DNA of 64,000 nt from Balanoglossus misakiensis (lineage: Eukaryota; Animalia; Hemichordata). Below, in pieces: positions 1 to 11,125 of the stretch; position 1 is the first letter of the stretch, and each line of letters starts with the position of its first letter. The notes beneath the pieces are model-generated. The model searched no databases. It saw only the letters and a list, made by a program, of their open reading frames with translations, and had not been told where the DNA came from. A program made the translations under genes and the position numbers. The stretch covers positions 17,766,203 to 17,830,202 of the forward strand of contig CM082577.2 of assembly GCA_040954595.2 (NCBI GenBank), given 5' to 3'.

Positions 1-279
1 CCGGATTTGCGACCCATGTGGAACAAAATGGGTTGATATTGGATAATTCAAGAACAAGACAATCACCACATTTCGTGTGTGTACTTACGCAAACTTTGCA
101 CACCTCATGCGAGGCTGAACACACGAAAAGGAGTTAGCAAAAAGGTGAAAAATAGCGAAACTTGCCATGAGCGGCGTCAGGTGTATGTTACTACCTCATG
201 CATGCGCAGGCCATCCCATTTTTTCAGTATTTTTATTCTGTGTATCAACCATAGTTTCTTGTTCGGCTCTCAGTGACAA

Positions 280-530
280 GGTTAAATGCATAGTGTTAAT
301 CTTTTCAACATAGCCTACGAGTGCACAATCGGCACTGTTATTGTGTGAAAATTATATTAAAGTCCGGACTTCACTTGAATGTATTTGTAAACAATAACAA
401 TGGTTGGTACACATACACATGGCTTGTTGACAACCAGAAACTGGGCGTGATGGGTTACTATAGGGAGGGGAAGAAGAATACACACAACAAACATTCTGAA
501 AAACTAACAGCCCTTTACTACAAATGTCAA
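280..530. repeat. Unclassified dispersed repeat; diverged inverted copy at ~43265-43495
   Basis: gcatagtgttaatcttttcaacatagcc..gtgcacaat..aaagtccggac..acatggctt..ctgggcgtg matches the reverse complement of 43265-43495; boundaries approximate. Confidence 0.6.
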
Positions 531-880
531 AATGTGTTAACTTTCCAGGCACATAAAAAGCTGTATCTATTGCATTTTTAATAGACTTTTGACATTCTTT
601 GTCAAGATTATTTTGATTATAGTTATACCACGCATCAAGAGTAATGTTATGTATAATGTAGTTCACATAAATACATAACAGCAGAATGGTGTCGCCATAC
701 ACTATGCTAGTATGCTTAAATTCTGTTCTTTACTAGTCCCTTTATCATACAATGATATTAATAGTGGTATTTTGTGAATGGTATTATATCCTAGGTAGAT
801 GCTAAATATTATATATTTGTGTGTAATGTCACATAGTATTGGCCTGACTTCCATTTTTCTCTCTGATACCTTGACTTTAG

Positions 881-984
881 GCAAAATGTTAACATTCCAG
901 TTTTCTCGAATGGTAATATTCAGTATCTTGATGATGTAGAAAGATGTTTAAAAGAAACTGGGACTGAAGGTGTCATGTCTGCAG
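881..984 (+). CDS. DUS1L: tRNA-dihydrouridine(16/17) synthase 1-like, internal exon (gene starts upstream of window)
   Basis: ttag|G..GCAG|gtaag; translates [34 protein letters not shown], matching the DUS1L 'IPVFANGNIQ..DVERCL..TGV.GVMSAE' motif. Exons in window: 881-984, 1110-1254, 2970-3149, 4633-4796, 5142-5264, 5646-5752, all phase-compatible. Confidence 0.93.
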
Positions 985-1109
985 GTAAGAATTTCACTCA
1001 TTCACTCACTCACTCACATGTGGATGTCTCAACGCCATAGCAATAAGTTCAGACAAATCAAATCTTTAATACTGACAGGAAATGCAAATTTGCTGTTGTT
1101 TTGTTTCAG

Positions 1110-1254
1110 AGGGCAATCTTCACAATCCAGCTTTATTTCATGGAATTCAACCCTTTGTGGCAGACATTTCCGAAGAGTATCTCCAACTTGTACACAAGTA
1201 TCCATGTGGTCTCTCATCTGTAAGAGGACATATGTTTAAACTGTGGCACCATGT
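1110..1254 (+). CDS. DUS1L: DUS1L exon
   Basis: ttcag|AG..ATGT|gtaagt; [48 protein letters not shown]. Confidence 0.93.
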
Positions 1255-2016
1255 GTAAGTGTTCATTTTTAGTGTTTTTCTCAGGTTTGATGAATCCAAC
1301 TGGACCCAAATTGTAAACTCTGCTTTAGTACCTTCATTTGTCAGTTTCAAATGTGGAAAAAATAGTTCTCAATAATGTAAAGCTCCATTACACATTGAAG
1401 AAACAACAGAGAGCTGGGCTCAGCCTCAAACCTTGAATTAATGTATTGAAATACAAAATGCACTGCATACAATTTTACAAAGCTGTATGTCATCAGGGAT
1501 GATTTTGATAAAGAAAATCTTCTCAAACTCCACTTACATTGTACAAGATTGCTCCGAAATTTGGTAAGCAGTTACTGGGTAATATTATGAGTCAAATATA
1601 CTCAAACATTCACAAACTTTGCAATAATGTAGTTTAGGGCACCCCTCCCCCCCCCCCCCCAAAAAAAAACAACAACCAACAACACAAAAACGAAAACAAA
1701 CTACAAACGAACAACTCAGAATCTGCTTGTCTAGTTGCCTTGAAATTTGTTATGCATGTCCCTGGGGTGATCAAAATTACATGTTCAAATCAGGATGGAA
1801 TCTGCACTAATGTATTTTTACGAAAATATTTGCAATTTTTATTTTTTTAAAGTCGTCACGAAGTCCCTAAGTCAAATTTGTTGAAGTTTTGGCAAATTTT
1901 GCATTGCAGTACTGTTAGGGCATCGCAATCTTGCCGTTTAGTTCTACTGTCAAGTTTGCCTGGGTCTCAAGAGAAGAAGGCCATTTATTCTAAATCAGTC
2001 AGTTATCTTGTTTTAT

Positions 2017-2869
2017 CACGGTTACTAGAAGAAGACGGTTAGGAAACTCTATTGTTCGGAAGGTGTGAACGAGGTGTTAGCTAGGAGAGTACATGTCCGA
2101 ACCACTATGTGGGGTTGTATTGGGGAACGTGTTAATTTTTGAACCCCTTCATCTGCCCTTTTTCGTCAGAGTACAGCGCCACTTTTTTTTGTACGAGTTC
2201 CATATAGGCTTATGGAGTGCACGGTCATAGTCTGTTGGGCTTGCGACACTCTACCATTGTTTCTTGGGTGGTTAACTAAAAGTCCGGACTCAAATAGCGT
2301 CGAATTTTGAACCCCTAGAATTCAACCCTGATGGTCGCATTTCTGTTTTTTTTTAATATATTTAGATATTTTACACCTTTTTGTATTGCATGGGCTATTT
2401 CGTTTATTCCAATTGGAATATTTCGTTGAGATTGCATACCCATTTCGATACAGTCGTTAACATTATCGATATAGCCTTTGGCGGCCATCTTGTTTGTTTT
2501 GGTTCGCATCGAATCTCTAGGGCACAGTCAAGACAAAGAATGTATGGCTTCATCATGTCCTTGAAAGTTCAAAATTGTCATAAATGTGCTGTGACTTTAT
2601 AAATTATCCACTCTCTGTTCTGTTTTCCTCAAATCTGGTGGTATACGTACTGTGCGTGCAAGCAATTCCGTAAACATGAGTATGGTTTGCTTTGGATTGT
2701 AGGGGTAATGACGTCATTTTGACCGAGCGGTCAGTTATTCTGTCTGTTTATTCGTATGGCCAGGCTCGTTAGCACCTGATATCTTTCGTTTACACTAAGT
2801 GTTTACCGAGGCGAGCATCTAACAATGGAGAAAAAATAGTTTCCTAACCGTCTTCTTCTAGTAACCGTG
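2017..2869. mobile_element. P-superfamily-like MITE (853 bp) in DUS1L intron
   Basis: Perfect 32-bp TIR CACGGTTACTAGAAGAAGACGGTTAGGAAACT (2017-2048 / 2838-2869), CA..TG termini, 7-bp TSD GTTTTAT on both sides; no long ORF. Confidence 0.85.
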
Positions 2870-2969
2870 GTTTTATAAAGCAAATTTCACATCAGAGCGT
2901 GTCTGTCAATAGGTCGCTCATTATAAACCATGTATGTAAATATTATATTTTCTTTGTCATTCAAATCAG

Positions 2970-3149
2970 GCTTCAAGTTCATATTGATCTGAGGCTTGAA
3001 CTTGCCAAAGCAAAAAATTTGGAAGCAATAGAGGACCTTTGTAGTGAGATGAGAAAACGGTGTGAGGAAGATATGAAACATTGTGATGGAACATTGGATG
3101 GCAAGTTACCACATCCTTACTGGGTGTGTCAACCTTATGTCAGACCCAG
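2970..3149 (+). CDS. DUS1L: DUS1L exon
   Basis: atcag|G..CCCAG|gtaag; LQVHIDLRLELAKAK...PYWVCQPYVRP (DUS1L W.CQPY.RP motif). Confidence 0.93.
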
Positions 3150-4039
3150 GTAAGAGTACATCCATTTCATTTACTTTCTTTCAGATATTTCATGGAAATA
3201 AGAATATATATTCATTTTTACTTTTAATATACAATCCTATATAGCCACCAAACAGCCATTTTGTTAAAAAACCAAACTCATGTGACATGCCTGAATTTAT
3301 TACATTCAAACTTGGTACGGGGACAATGTACTACTGGAATAGGCATCAATTGATGTTGCCATAAGATCCAATATGGCTGCTGGTGGCCATCTTGTTATGA
3401 TGTGCATGTGGCAGAGTTCTTTAGACTGACAACATTTGATCTGGCAGAGGAAAAGGTCAAATATTGCAGCACTGTTTTATGACAAATGTTATTGGACATC
3501 ATTAACACTATACTGATGTATATGAATTGTTCTTTGTGTTAGTATTTTTGTTTCCATCTGTGTAAGCATCAAGTTTTGTCTCAGTGACATTGCTGATACA
3601 GCAACAATGCTGGAACTTGTCAAAGCAAAAAAATCTTTACTTTCTTTTCCGTATCACCGTCATCAACAAAATAATGTGTATATAGTGACTAGCCGATTCA
3701 AATGGGGACCCAAATATCTCGTCAATCAATAAAAGTCTTATCAAATTAGTAAGCATGATGGCAAAATCATTCACAAAAAGGATGCATCATCTTCACTAAT
3801 TAATGATGCTTCACCCTGATTTGACACATACATGAGAGACCACCGAGGCTGTAGATTATGGTGGCTAGTCATTTGTTGTGCATACTGTTTCTGTAGTAGA
3901 AAGTGTGTGAATGTTGATGAATTATTTTTTGTGTTTTTGTTGTCATTATTTTTCTCCAGTGGAGTTTGGAATGACTGTGGTGTGGATTGAATGTAACACT
4001 GATTTTGAACATGGTGGTTTTGAGGCCTTTTTTCCTTAA

Positions 4040-4449
4040 GGATGTACGTTCAGTAAAATTGAAAGTATTGTCATTTTTTTAATTGTGGATTTTTGGATTC
4101 CCCTTTGTATGTATAATGAAAATCTGTAATAAAATATAGGGGTCACTGCGCTTGTTTTTGAAATACAGAGCTATGAATTTAGTCGATAATAGAATAAATC
4201 TGCTGACTCAGCACTTTTCACCAATGGTTTGTCTATGGGCAAAGTTTTTAACGCAATTTATTTCAAAATAGAGCACGGTTACCCCTATATTTTATTTTAC
4301 CAATGACTTTATATTTACTGGACTGAGCTTTGTGTGAAATTTCGTGAATATGACAATAGTAGAAGTTTGTTTTCTAGCGATTATCAATGTAATCCTATGG
4401 GAAAAAGACCGGGCGCGCAGTGTTTCCGGTTTATTCTGCGCGTACATCC
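4040..4449. mobile_element. TTAA-inserting MITE (Kolobok-like)
   Basis: TTAA|GGATGTACG...CGTACATCC|TTAA; second, more degraded copy at ~34526-34923. Confidence 0.75.
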
Positions 4450-4632
4450 TTAATGATAAATATGTTAATTATACTTGCTTTTTATTGTCTATGCAATTTT
4501 GATATATTTTACACAAAACATTTTCTGAATGTGAATTGTATACACAAAAGAAAAACAATCAACTTGAACCATTGGAAATGGTAATGATGAATGAATTGAA
4601 CATGAAAATATTGGTTGTATGAACTCTTTCAG

Positions 4633-4796
4633 CCCAGAAGAAGTCATCAAAGCTAAAGAGAAGCAGAAGTCAGTGAAGAGACCGCTTGTATCTATTGTAG
4701 AACAAGGCAAGAATATAGAAGGTCTTTCCAAGAATCAAATTAAGAAGAGAATGAGAAACCCTGCAGCGAAATTCAAATCAGAAGATGAGAGGAAAG
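4633..4796 (+). CDS. DUS1L: DUS1L exon
   Basis: ttcag|C..AAAG|gtatt; PEEVIKAKEKQKSVKRP...LSKNQIKKRMRNP (cf. human LSKNKQKKQLRNP). Confidence 0.9.
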
Positions 4797-5141
4797 GTAT
4801 TATTTTTTCGATATGTTAATTCGATAAGATAATTTTTGGTTTCTTGGCGACAGTGCACCTTACCCGAGAGCAGTGGATACCTCATCTTGTAATAGGGTTC
4901 TATTCTCCTGTTGGATGATGAATAAAATCAAACAAAATCACAGCATTAAAACAGCCAAACTGCTTCTAATTTTCAGTACTAAAATTGGGAGAAGATTTAA
5001 GTATTTTATCGTTGTAAAGAAAATATGCAAAGATTTGGCAGCTCATGGGGCTTGAAGTACATGTACATTCATTCAAATAATCATGTTTCTGAACACTTTG
5101 AATTGTTATTTGTAATACTACTGCTTCTTTTATCTTGACAG

Positions 5142-5264
5142 CTATTAAACAACGCTATGTCAAATGTGCCAATTGTGGTAACCCAAAAGGGATGAAGTGT
5201 GTCTTTGCACTTTGTCGTGGTTGCTGTAAAAGCAAAGCACACAAACTAATGGCCGACTGCCCAA
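5142..5264 (+). CDS. DUS1L: DUS1L exon (Cys-rich C-terminal region)
   Basis: gacag|CT..CCAA|gtaagt; [36 protein letters not shown]. Confidence 0.93.
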
Positions 5265-5645
5265 GTAAGTAAATGAACATGTATCTAGTATTCCAAGCCT
5301 TACCTCTTTCAAATAAAAATTTCTTGTGCTGCAAGAACCAATTATCATTTATGTACGTGGAGTAAGCGTTGCAATTGTTGATCAAATGTTCAGACCTGGT
5401 CAAACCGACCTTTGTTTCAGAGTCTGTATTTGGAATAAAATGGAATAAAATACAATTTAGTTCCCCTGTGTTTGCCTTTTGAAAATCTTGTTTGCCTGTA
5501 ACATACATGTTTCTGAACATATATATTGGCGAGCAAACAATCACGTTGTGCATTGCCAGGCTTCTTGTTCATGGTCTGACTATTTACCACATGTTCACTG
5601 GAGACACCACAAGATCATTTATGACAGTATTTTATATTATTTCAG

Positions 5646-5752
5646 GTCATAATCTGTGCTTCAAGACCAAACATGAGAAGCGGATAAAATGGGAAGCAGA
5701 ACAGAGAGAAAAAGAGAAACTGACATCTTTGCAATCAGAAGAGGATGCATGA
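5646..5752 (+). CDS. DUS1L: DUS1L last coding exon
   Basis: ttcag|GT CAT; (S)HNLCFKTKHEKRIKWEAEQREKEKLTSLQSEEDA*. Confidence 0.9.
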
Positions 5753-7288
5753 TAGTTTGAAGTTACAAAACATCCGAAGGATTCAGACATCTGCTGTAAA
5801 AATTAACCAAAGTGGGAAATCTGCCCTGTAAGAATATATCTGTATATACTGTTAAGTTGGACAAGTACAAAAGAAATTAAAGTGAAAGAATCTCTAAATG
5901 GTTAAATTGTTTGTGGTATAACACCATATACAATACTGGAAATCTAATTTCGTGTGTGCTGCCCTTTATGTGATAAACTACCAGAAAGACGGTTGGTTGG
6001 TTGGTTGGTTACGTAAAGATTGATGATCATAAAAGAGCTCCAGAAATGTCAAAGGCTTTTTTGGGCATATACATGTACATGAATGTCTCCTAGGGGCTGG
6101 TGAGCCAATAGAAGCCCCTTACACCAACCATAAGTCATGTTATTTCATTACAATGAAAACAAAATATTGGGTTTCAAAAACATGAATTGTGGGGAAAATG
6201 ACAGTAACCAAATCATGTGACATGTTTCACTTTTTTGTTATTTTATTCTTTTTGGTCAAAAAACTGTACAATCATATGCCAAATTTAATAACGTATCTTG
6301 GTGGCAATGTTTGCCATTTTTGGGAAACCACTTCTCCTATTGCTTTGAAATTTTGTTTACCTTTTGCTAGGTCAGTTCCAATGATGATTTGCAAAACCTA
6401 TTTTGAAAGGATCAATGTGTGTTTTGGAGCATATTGTACCCATGTTATTTTTGTATATTAAATTTCTTTGAAATTGTATGTCTGATTGCCTTGCAGTCTG
6501 GTTTGAAGGGTCCATTGGAAAGCCTTATTATAGTATATCGAAATCATGGCAAAAATGTATGAATTTTAGGGCTTTTTGATTAGAACATTTTATTTCTCAG
6601 GCAGTGTATGGCTGATTACATTAAATTTGAGTTGCACGTTATAGTCACCAATTTTCTTTGCAGTTTGGTTTGCAAGGCCCAAGGGAGGTCAGTATAATTA
6701 TCCAAAAATATGGTTCAAATACCAACATCTTAATCATGGGAGAACTTTTTGCCATTTTGGTCAAAAACCCATTTTGTCAACAAGTGCTGTCTGATACATC
6801 AGTTGAGTTCAACTGTAACCGATATGTATTTTATGTATATCACTTTATATTCAGTTATGGATACCAGCAAACCTTTTGGTTTTATTGTGCTGCTGACTGG
6901 GCTTTCTTAATTTGCGGTAACTCGACAATTTCAGTATTTTACGCGTTGCAACTGTATGTACTTCATATTTTTCTCCTGTTCTTTGTTAGAATGCTTATGT
7001 TCATTTTAATAGTATTATACATTTTGTCTAATTAACAATTAACATGGTTCTCATTCTAATTGTGTCTGCCTATCTTCCTTGCCTGCTTGCCAATGTATTC
7101 ACATTCAAGTAGTAGTAGTAAAAGTTATAGTATAAAATTTCAATTTCAATTCGATACCTTTTGCATGCTGCAGAATAACAATATTTACAATACATCAACT
7201 AAAACATCCTTTTACAATTATTTAGTAAACAGTAAAACATTTGTGAGAAATACTTTTTGACCAAAATGGGAAAAAAATTCCACCTTAA

Positions 7289-7728
7289 ACCCCGGTGCGG
7301 GGTATAAAAGACCCCCCAAATCAGTGGCGAATCTTAATGCCGTTTGACTGACAACAGACAACACCAACGATCTTGGCTCTATGAAAATCGGCCCAAACAG
7401 GTCCAAGCATAAAGAATTACACCACACAATGACAGTAGTTGGCTTTATAAACACACACAACATAAAGTTATCGCCGAAAAAGTACACGAGCTTATGAAAC
7501 AACGATGATTTTGGGAGAAATCTGGTTTCAGTGCTTTTCAGAAGCGTCCCTGGGAAACAATAACCACGCCATTCAAACAGTTGTCAATCGCGTGGAAGTG
7601 TGAAGTGTTCAATTATTTTCTGTGTACATGAGAGCAATTACACAGTCATTACGCACCACGACCACTCCCAAATAAACAACTATACAAACACACGTTAATC
7701 CGAACCCCAGGACTTTCCGCACCAGGGT
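7289..7728. mobile_element. 440-bp TTAA-flanked MITE (piggyBac/Kolobok class), copy 1
   Basis: TTAA|ACCCCGGTGCGG...CCGCACCAGGGT|TTAA; near-identical inverted copy at 52937-53376. Confidence 0.85.
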
Positions 7729-8434
7729 TTAAACAATAATTTTTCAACATAAATATAGCACATCAAAATGACAACACATCGGGGACCCTCCAAAACAAAT
7801 TATTTCTCACCCCTGCCACTTTTACTATATTTTTAATCGATGAAATACTTCAATCTTCCCCTGATACTGATAGCCTTAGTTCACATATGAAACTATTTTG
7901 ACTCTGGGGGGATTTCAATCCCTAGGTGTGCATGCCACGATAGTTGTGTACTCTTGCAATGGGCAGTTGAATAAATGTGTGCGACACTTTTTTATTAATA
8001 CAGCAACAAGCAGAGGTTGATAATACGTTTGAGTTTACCCATCAGTTAACTCACTGAAATGGACCATTCGCATTCAACATTCCTTGTTTTTCACTCTGAG
8101 AGGGCTGACTGCTTCTTCAAGAGCTCCTGCAGTGTATTAAATGCCAACCACAACTCTTACCGCAGCAACCATACCACCATCCCTAACTTATCAACAAACA
8201 AACAAACATGACAATATTTGTAAACAAACAATTTTTTCAAACATTTTTTTCTGTTTATGATATCAATCAATAGCATCAAACAAACTACAAACATGGAGGA
8301 AGAGCCCCAATGGTTAAATCGCGGAATAATGGAGTCAAATTGTAAGTGCGCCACCTACGACCGACATACATTAGTACCTTTGTTTATAGACTAACTACTG
8401 TACTAGCCGCCTGGTACCACAGGGGACTTAGTAA

Positions 8435-8443
8435 TTGTTGTTA

Positions 8444-8476
<33 letters not shown>

Positions 8477-8478
8477 TT
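8435..8478. repeat. (GTT)n microsatellite
   Basis: Imperfect ttg/gtt run, directly visible. Confidence 0.85.
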
Positions 8479-8828
8479 AAGATTGGTAATACATTTTTTT
8501 TTTAAATCAATCAATGTGTCATTTCTTGCTAAGTTTGTCGATGTTGTAGATAACTGTAAAAAAAAACCCACCATAATCAACGTTATCAGTTGTAACAGGC
8601 CCCTCCAGATGCTATAAGGTATTTGATAGTTTAAAATGCATAATGTCAAGAAAAGCGCGCCTCGAACATTTCAGTTCTTTACGCATGGTTCCGCACAGAC
8701 TATTGAAACTGAAATTTTATTTCTGGTGTTTCCAGAACAAAGTTGTAGTGTAGTGCTATCAGGTCATATTTGTACATATGATGAACTTATTACAATAATA
8801 ATATTTTATTATCGAGAGCAAGCTCATA

Positions 8829-9419
8829 AAAATCGCGTCAAGGACACAGTGTTCCCATTGAGGGATTACACAAGAAAAAGTCTACACCGGAGTACATGGC
8901 CATATACAGACACACACACACACACACACATAGCGAGAGATCAATGGGCAAACACTGACTGACCCATAAGCTGCCAATGGCATATTTACTGTACATATAC
9001 TAAATAAAACAGCTGGCCTCTTTAAAACTTAGCCAGTTATGTAATCATTCAGGAATTTGCTGTGTATATAAATATCACAGGATGGGGTTCCTGCCTAATT
9101 AAAACAACTCAATAAAGTAAATACACACCACTTTGTAAAGCAATCTGACCAGTAGTTCTTGAGTTACCGAGTTTTGACCAAATTCACATTTTCCCAGCTA
9201 ATTTGCATATTTTTGGCAATGACAACTTCATTTGAACAAACTCCCATCTACAGCCCAGTCTGCATCTGCACACCAAATATTGAGGTGATACACGCAGCAG
9301 TTTTCAAGTTTTTGATGTGGACGGACATACAGACATACATCCATACATACATCCATACATACATACAAACGCAACTGATCCCATAAGGCCCCATGGTATA
9401 AACCAATGGGACCTAAAAA
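8829..9419 (-). mobile_element. DINE-1/HINE-like non-autonomous Helentron element, copy A
   Basis: Minus strand: TTTTTA-GGTCCCATTGG..CCATGGGGCC stem-loop, GTAT/GTCC microsatellite, 3' subterminal AATGGGAAC and GTGTC-CTT-GACGC hairpin; inserted in a T-run. Confidence 0.7.
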
Positions 9420-10112
9420 AGGACAAGTATATACAAAATTACTACCACAACACAGACATTAAAAAACATTGAGAGACATTAAAAATACAGTAAGAAAAGT
9501 TAAAAAGTTTAAAATATTTTAAATGCAGTCAAGAAAGAATCTCCTCCAAAACATACTGTGATGCATAATAATAGGGTTGATACCCGCACCAATAAGAGAA
9601 CTCTTCCACAACCTAAGGTAAAATTTTGAGCGTAGAGTATGCTGCTTACAATCAAATGTTAAAATATTGCTATGTACAAAGGTATTAGAAATACTAATCC
9701 TTCTGTCGATACCTAACAATATCATATGACCGTTGTTATATGCAACGCGGACATCGTTTATGCAATAATGATTAAAAATACTCCAAAGGTGGGAGCAATA
9801 CAAAGATGAACAAAAAACTTGAAATAAACGAATTTTGACTTTATAAGTACAATTCCAAAAATTACGTATTAGCGAGTTGGCTCTAGCATAAAAAAAGCCT
9901 CATTTGACGTTTTATATCGTCGCTATCGTCACCATTGGTATTAAAAATAACCCCCAGGTAAGAGTGTTTGTTCACAAACAACAGCTTCTCCCTATACAAC
10001 AAATATACATGTGGGATCTTCAAATTATTAAACTTTTTAGGAAGAATACAAAGACATTTAGATTTAATTGCATGAAATACAATATCGTGATCATTTGCAT
10101 AATGGCTGCACA

Positions 10113-10813
10113 TTATTATTACACCTCATGTATTATGTCGTATTCGTGATTGGCTGAGACGCGCTCATGTGACAAAGAGAAAAAGTGATATAACATGGCA
10201 AGAGTTGATAAAGCCGTGTTGATATTGCCCGCTGGGTTGTTTTGGTGTTCTGTGCACGACTTCTGCGCACAACAAACTCTCGTTCAATGGCTTCCTCCAC
10301 GATCAGTCAACTCCTGCATCTACAGCTTGAAAGCGACACACAGGATTAACACTAGACTCTCACAACCCCTCTCGCCGTCCATGCAGGCTTATGGAACGGT
10401 GCTGCTCCCCTGCCAAACAGTTGAGGGCGTGTCAGTGAAGAGCCTTGTTGTAGCAAACCGTGGCTGTGAGAGACCTGTTCAACTGGATGATATTTTACAG
10501 CAAACGGGCAGTAAATACACCAAAATCACAACCATCAGTGCAGTATCCTCAAAATTATATGAGTTCTAAGTAGGTATAGTTCTTGGGAGATCGAGACATT
10601 TTACATTCTCAGCAACGTACGACATGGATGCAACCCTACGTTCTTCTATGCTGCAGTGTATGTACGTTCAAATGTTCGGCGTAATATGCTCTCTGACCAC
10701 AATATTGATGATACCCTCGCCTGCGGCTGGTGCATCATCAATATTGTGGTCAGAGAGCACCATCCCTCGCGCAGGCGTCAAATCGTGATATTGCCCTCGC
10801 TATCATGTGTTAT
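10113..10813. mobile_element. Crypton-like non-autonomous hairpin element
   Basis: Starts tattacacctcatg..tgattggctg; long stem-loop 10687-10759 with CTCGCCTGCGGCT loop; interrupts the LINE RT. Confidence 0.55.
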
Positions 10814-11125
10814 TTAAGCAATAAAACACCCCCAGCCATGGTATACCACGAGATTTTGACCAGTTCACGACATATACGCACGAGCGATAGCGAGTGCGTA
10901 TATAGAGTTGAACTGGTCAAAATCGAGTGGTATACCATGGCTGGGGTGTTTTATTGCTATTATATTATGCCAGTATATTGAAACTTTGCATAAAACATTT
11001 TAAAAAGGCATTTTCTTTGACTATGATATATGACTGTGGTATATGGCTAATATATCACGGTCACGTGTCGTGTCTCGACCAATCAAATAGCGCGATTTAC
11101 ACCATCAATATACTGGTATAATATA
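10814..11125. mobile_element. Crypton-like non-autonomous hairpin element
   Basis: TTAAGCAATAAAACACCCCAGCCATGGTATACCAC..GTGGTATACCATGGCTGGGGTGTTTTATTGCT ~130-bp hairpin (10817-10948), then ccaatca..tataatata end. Confidence 0.6.
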
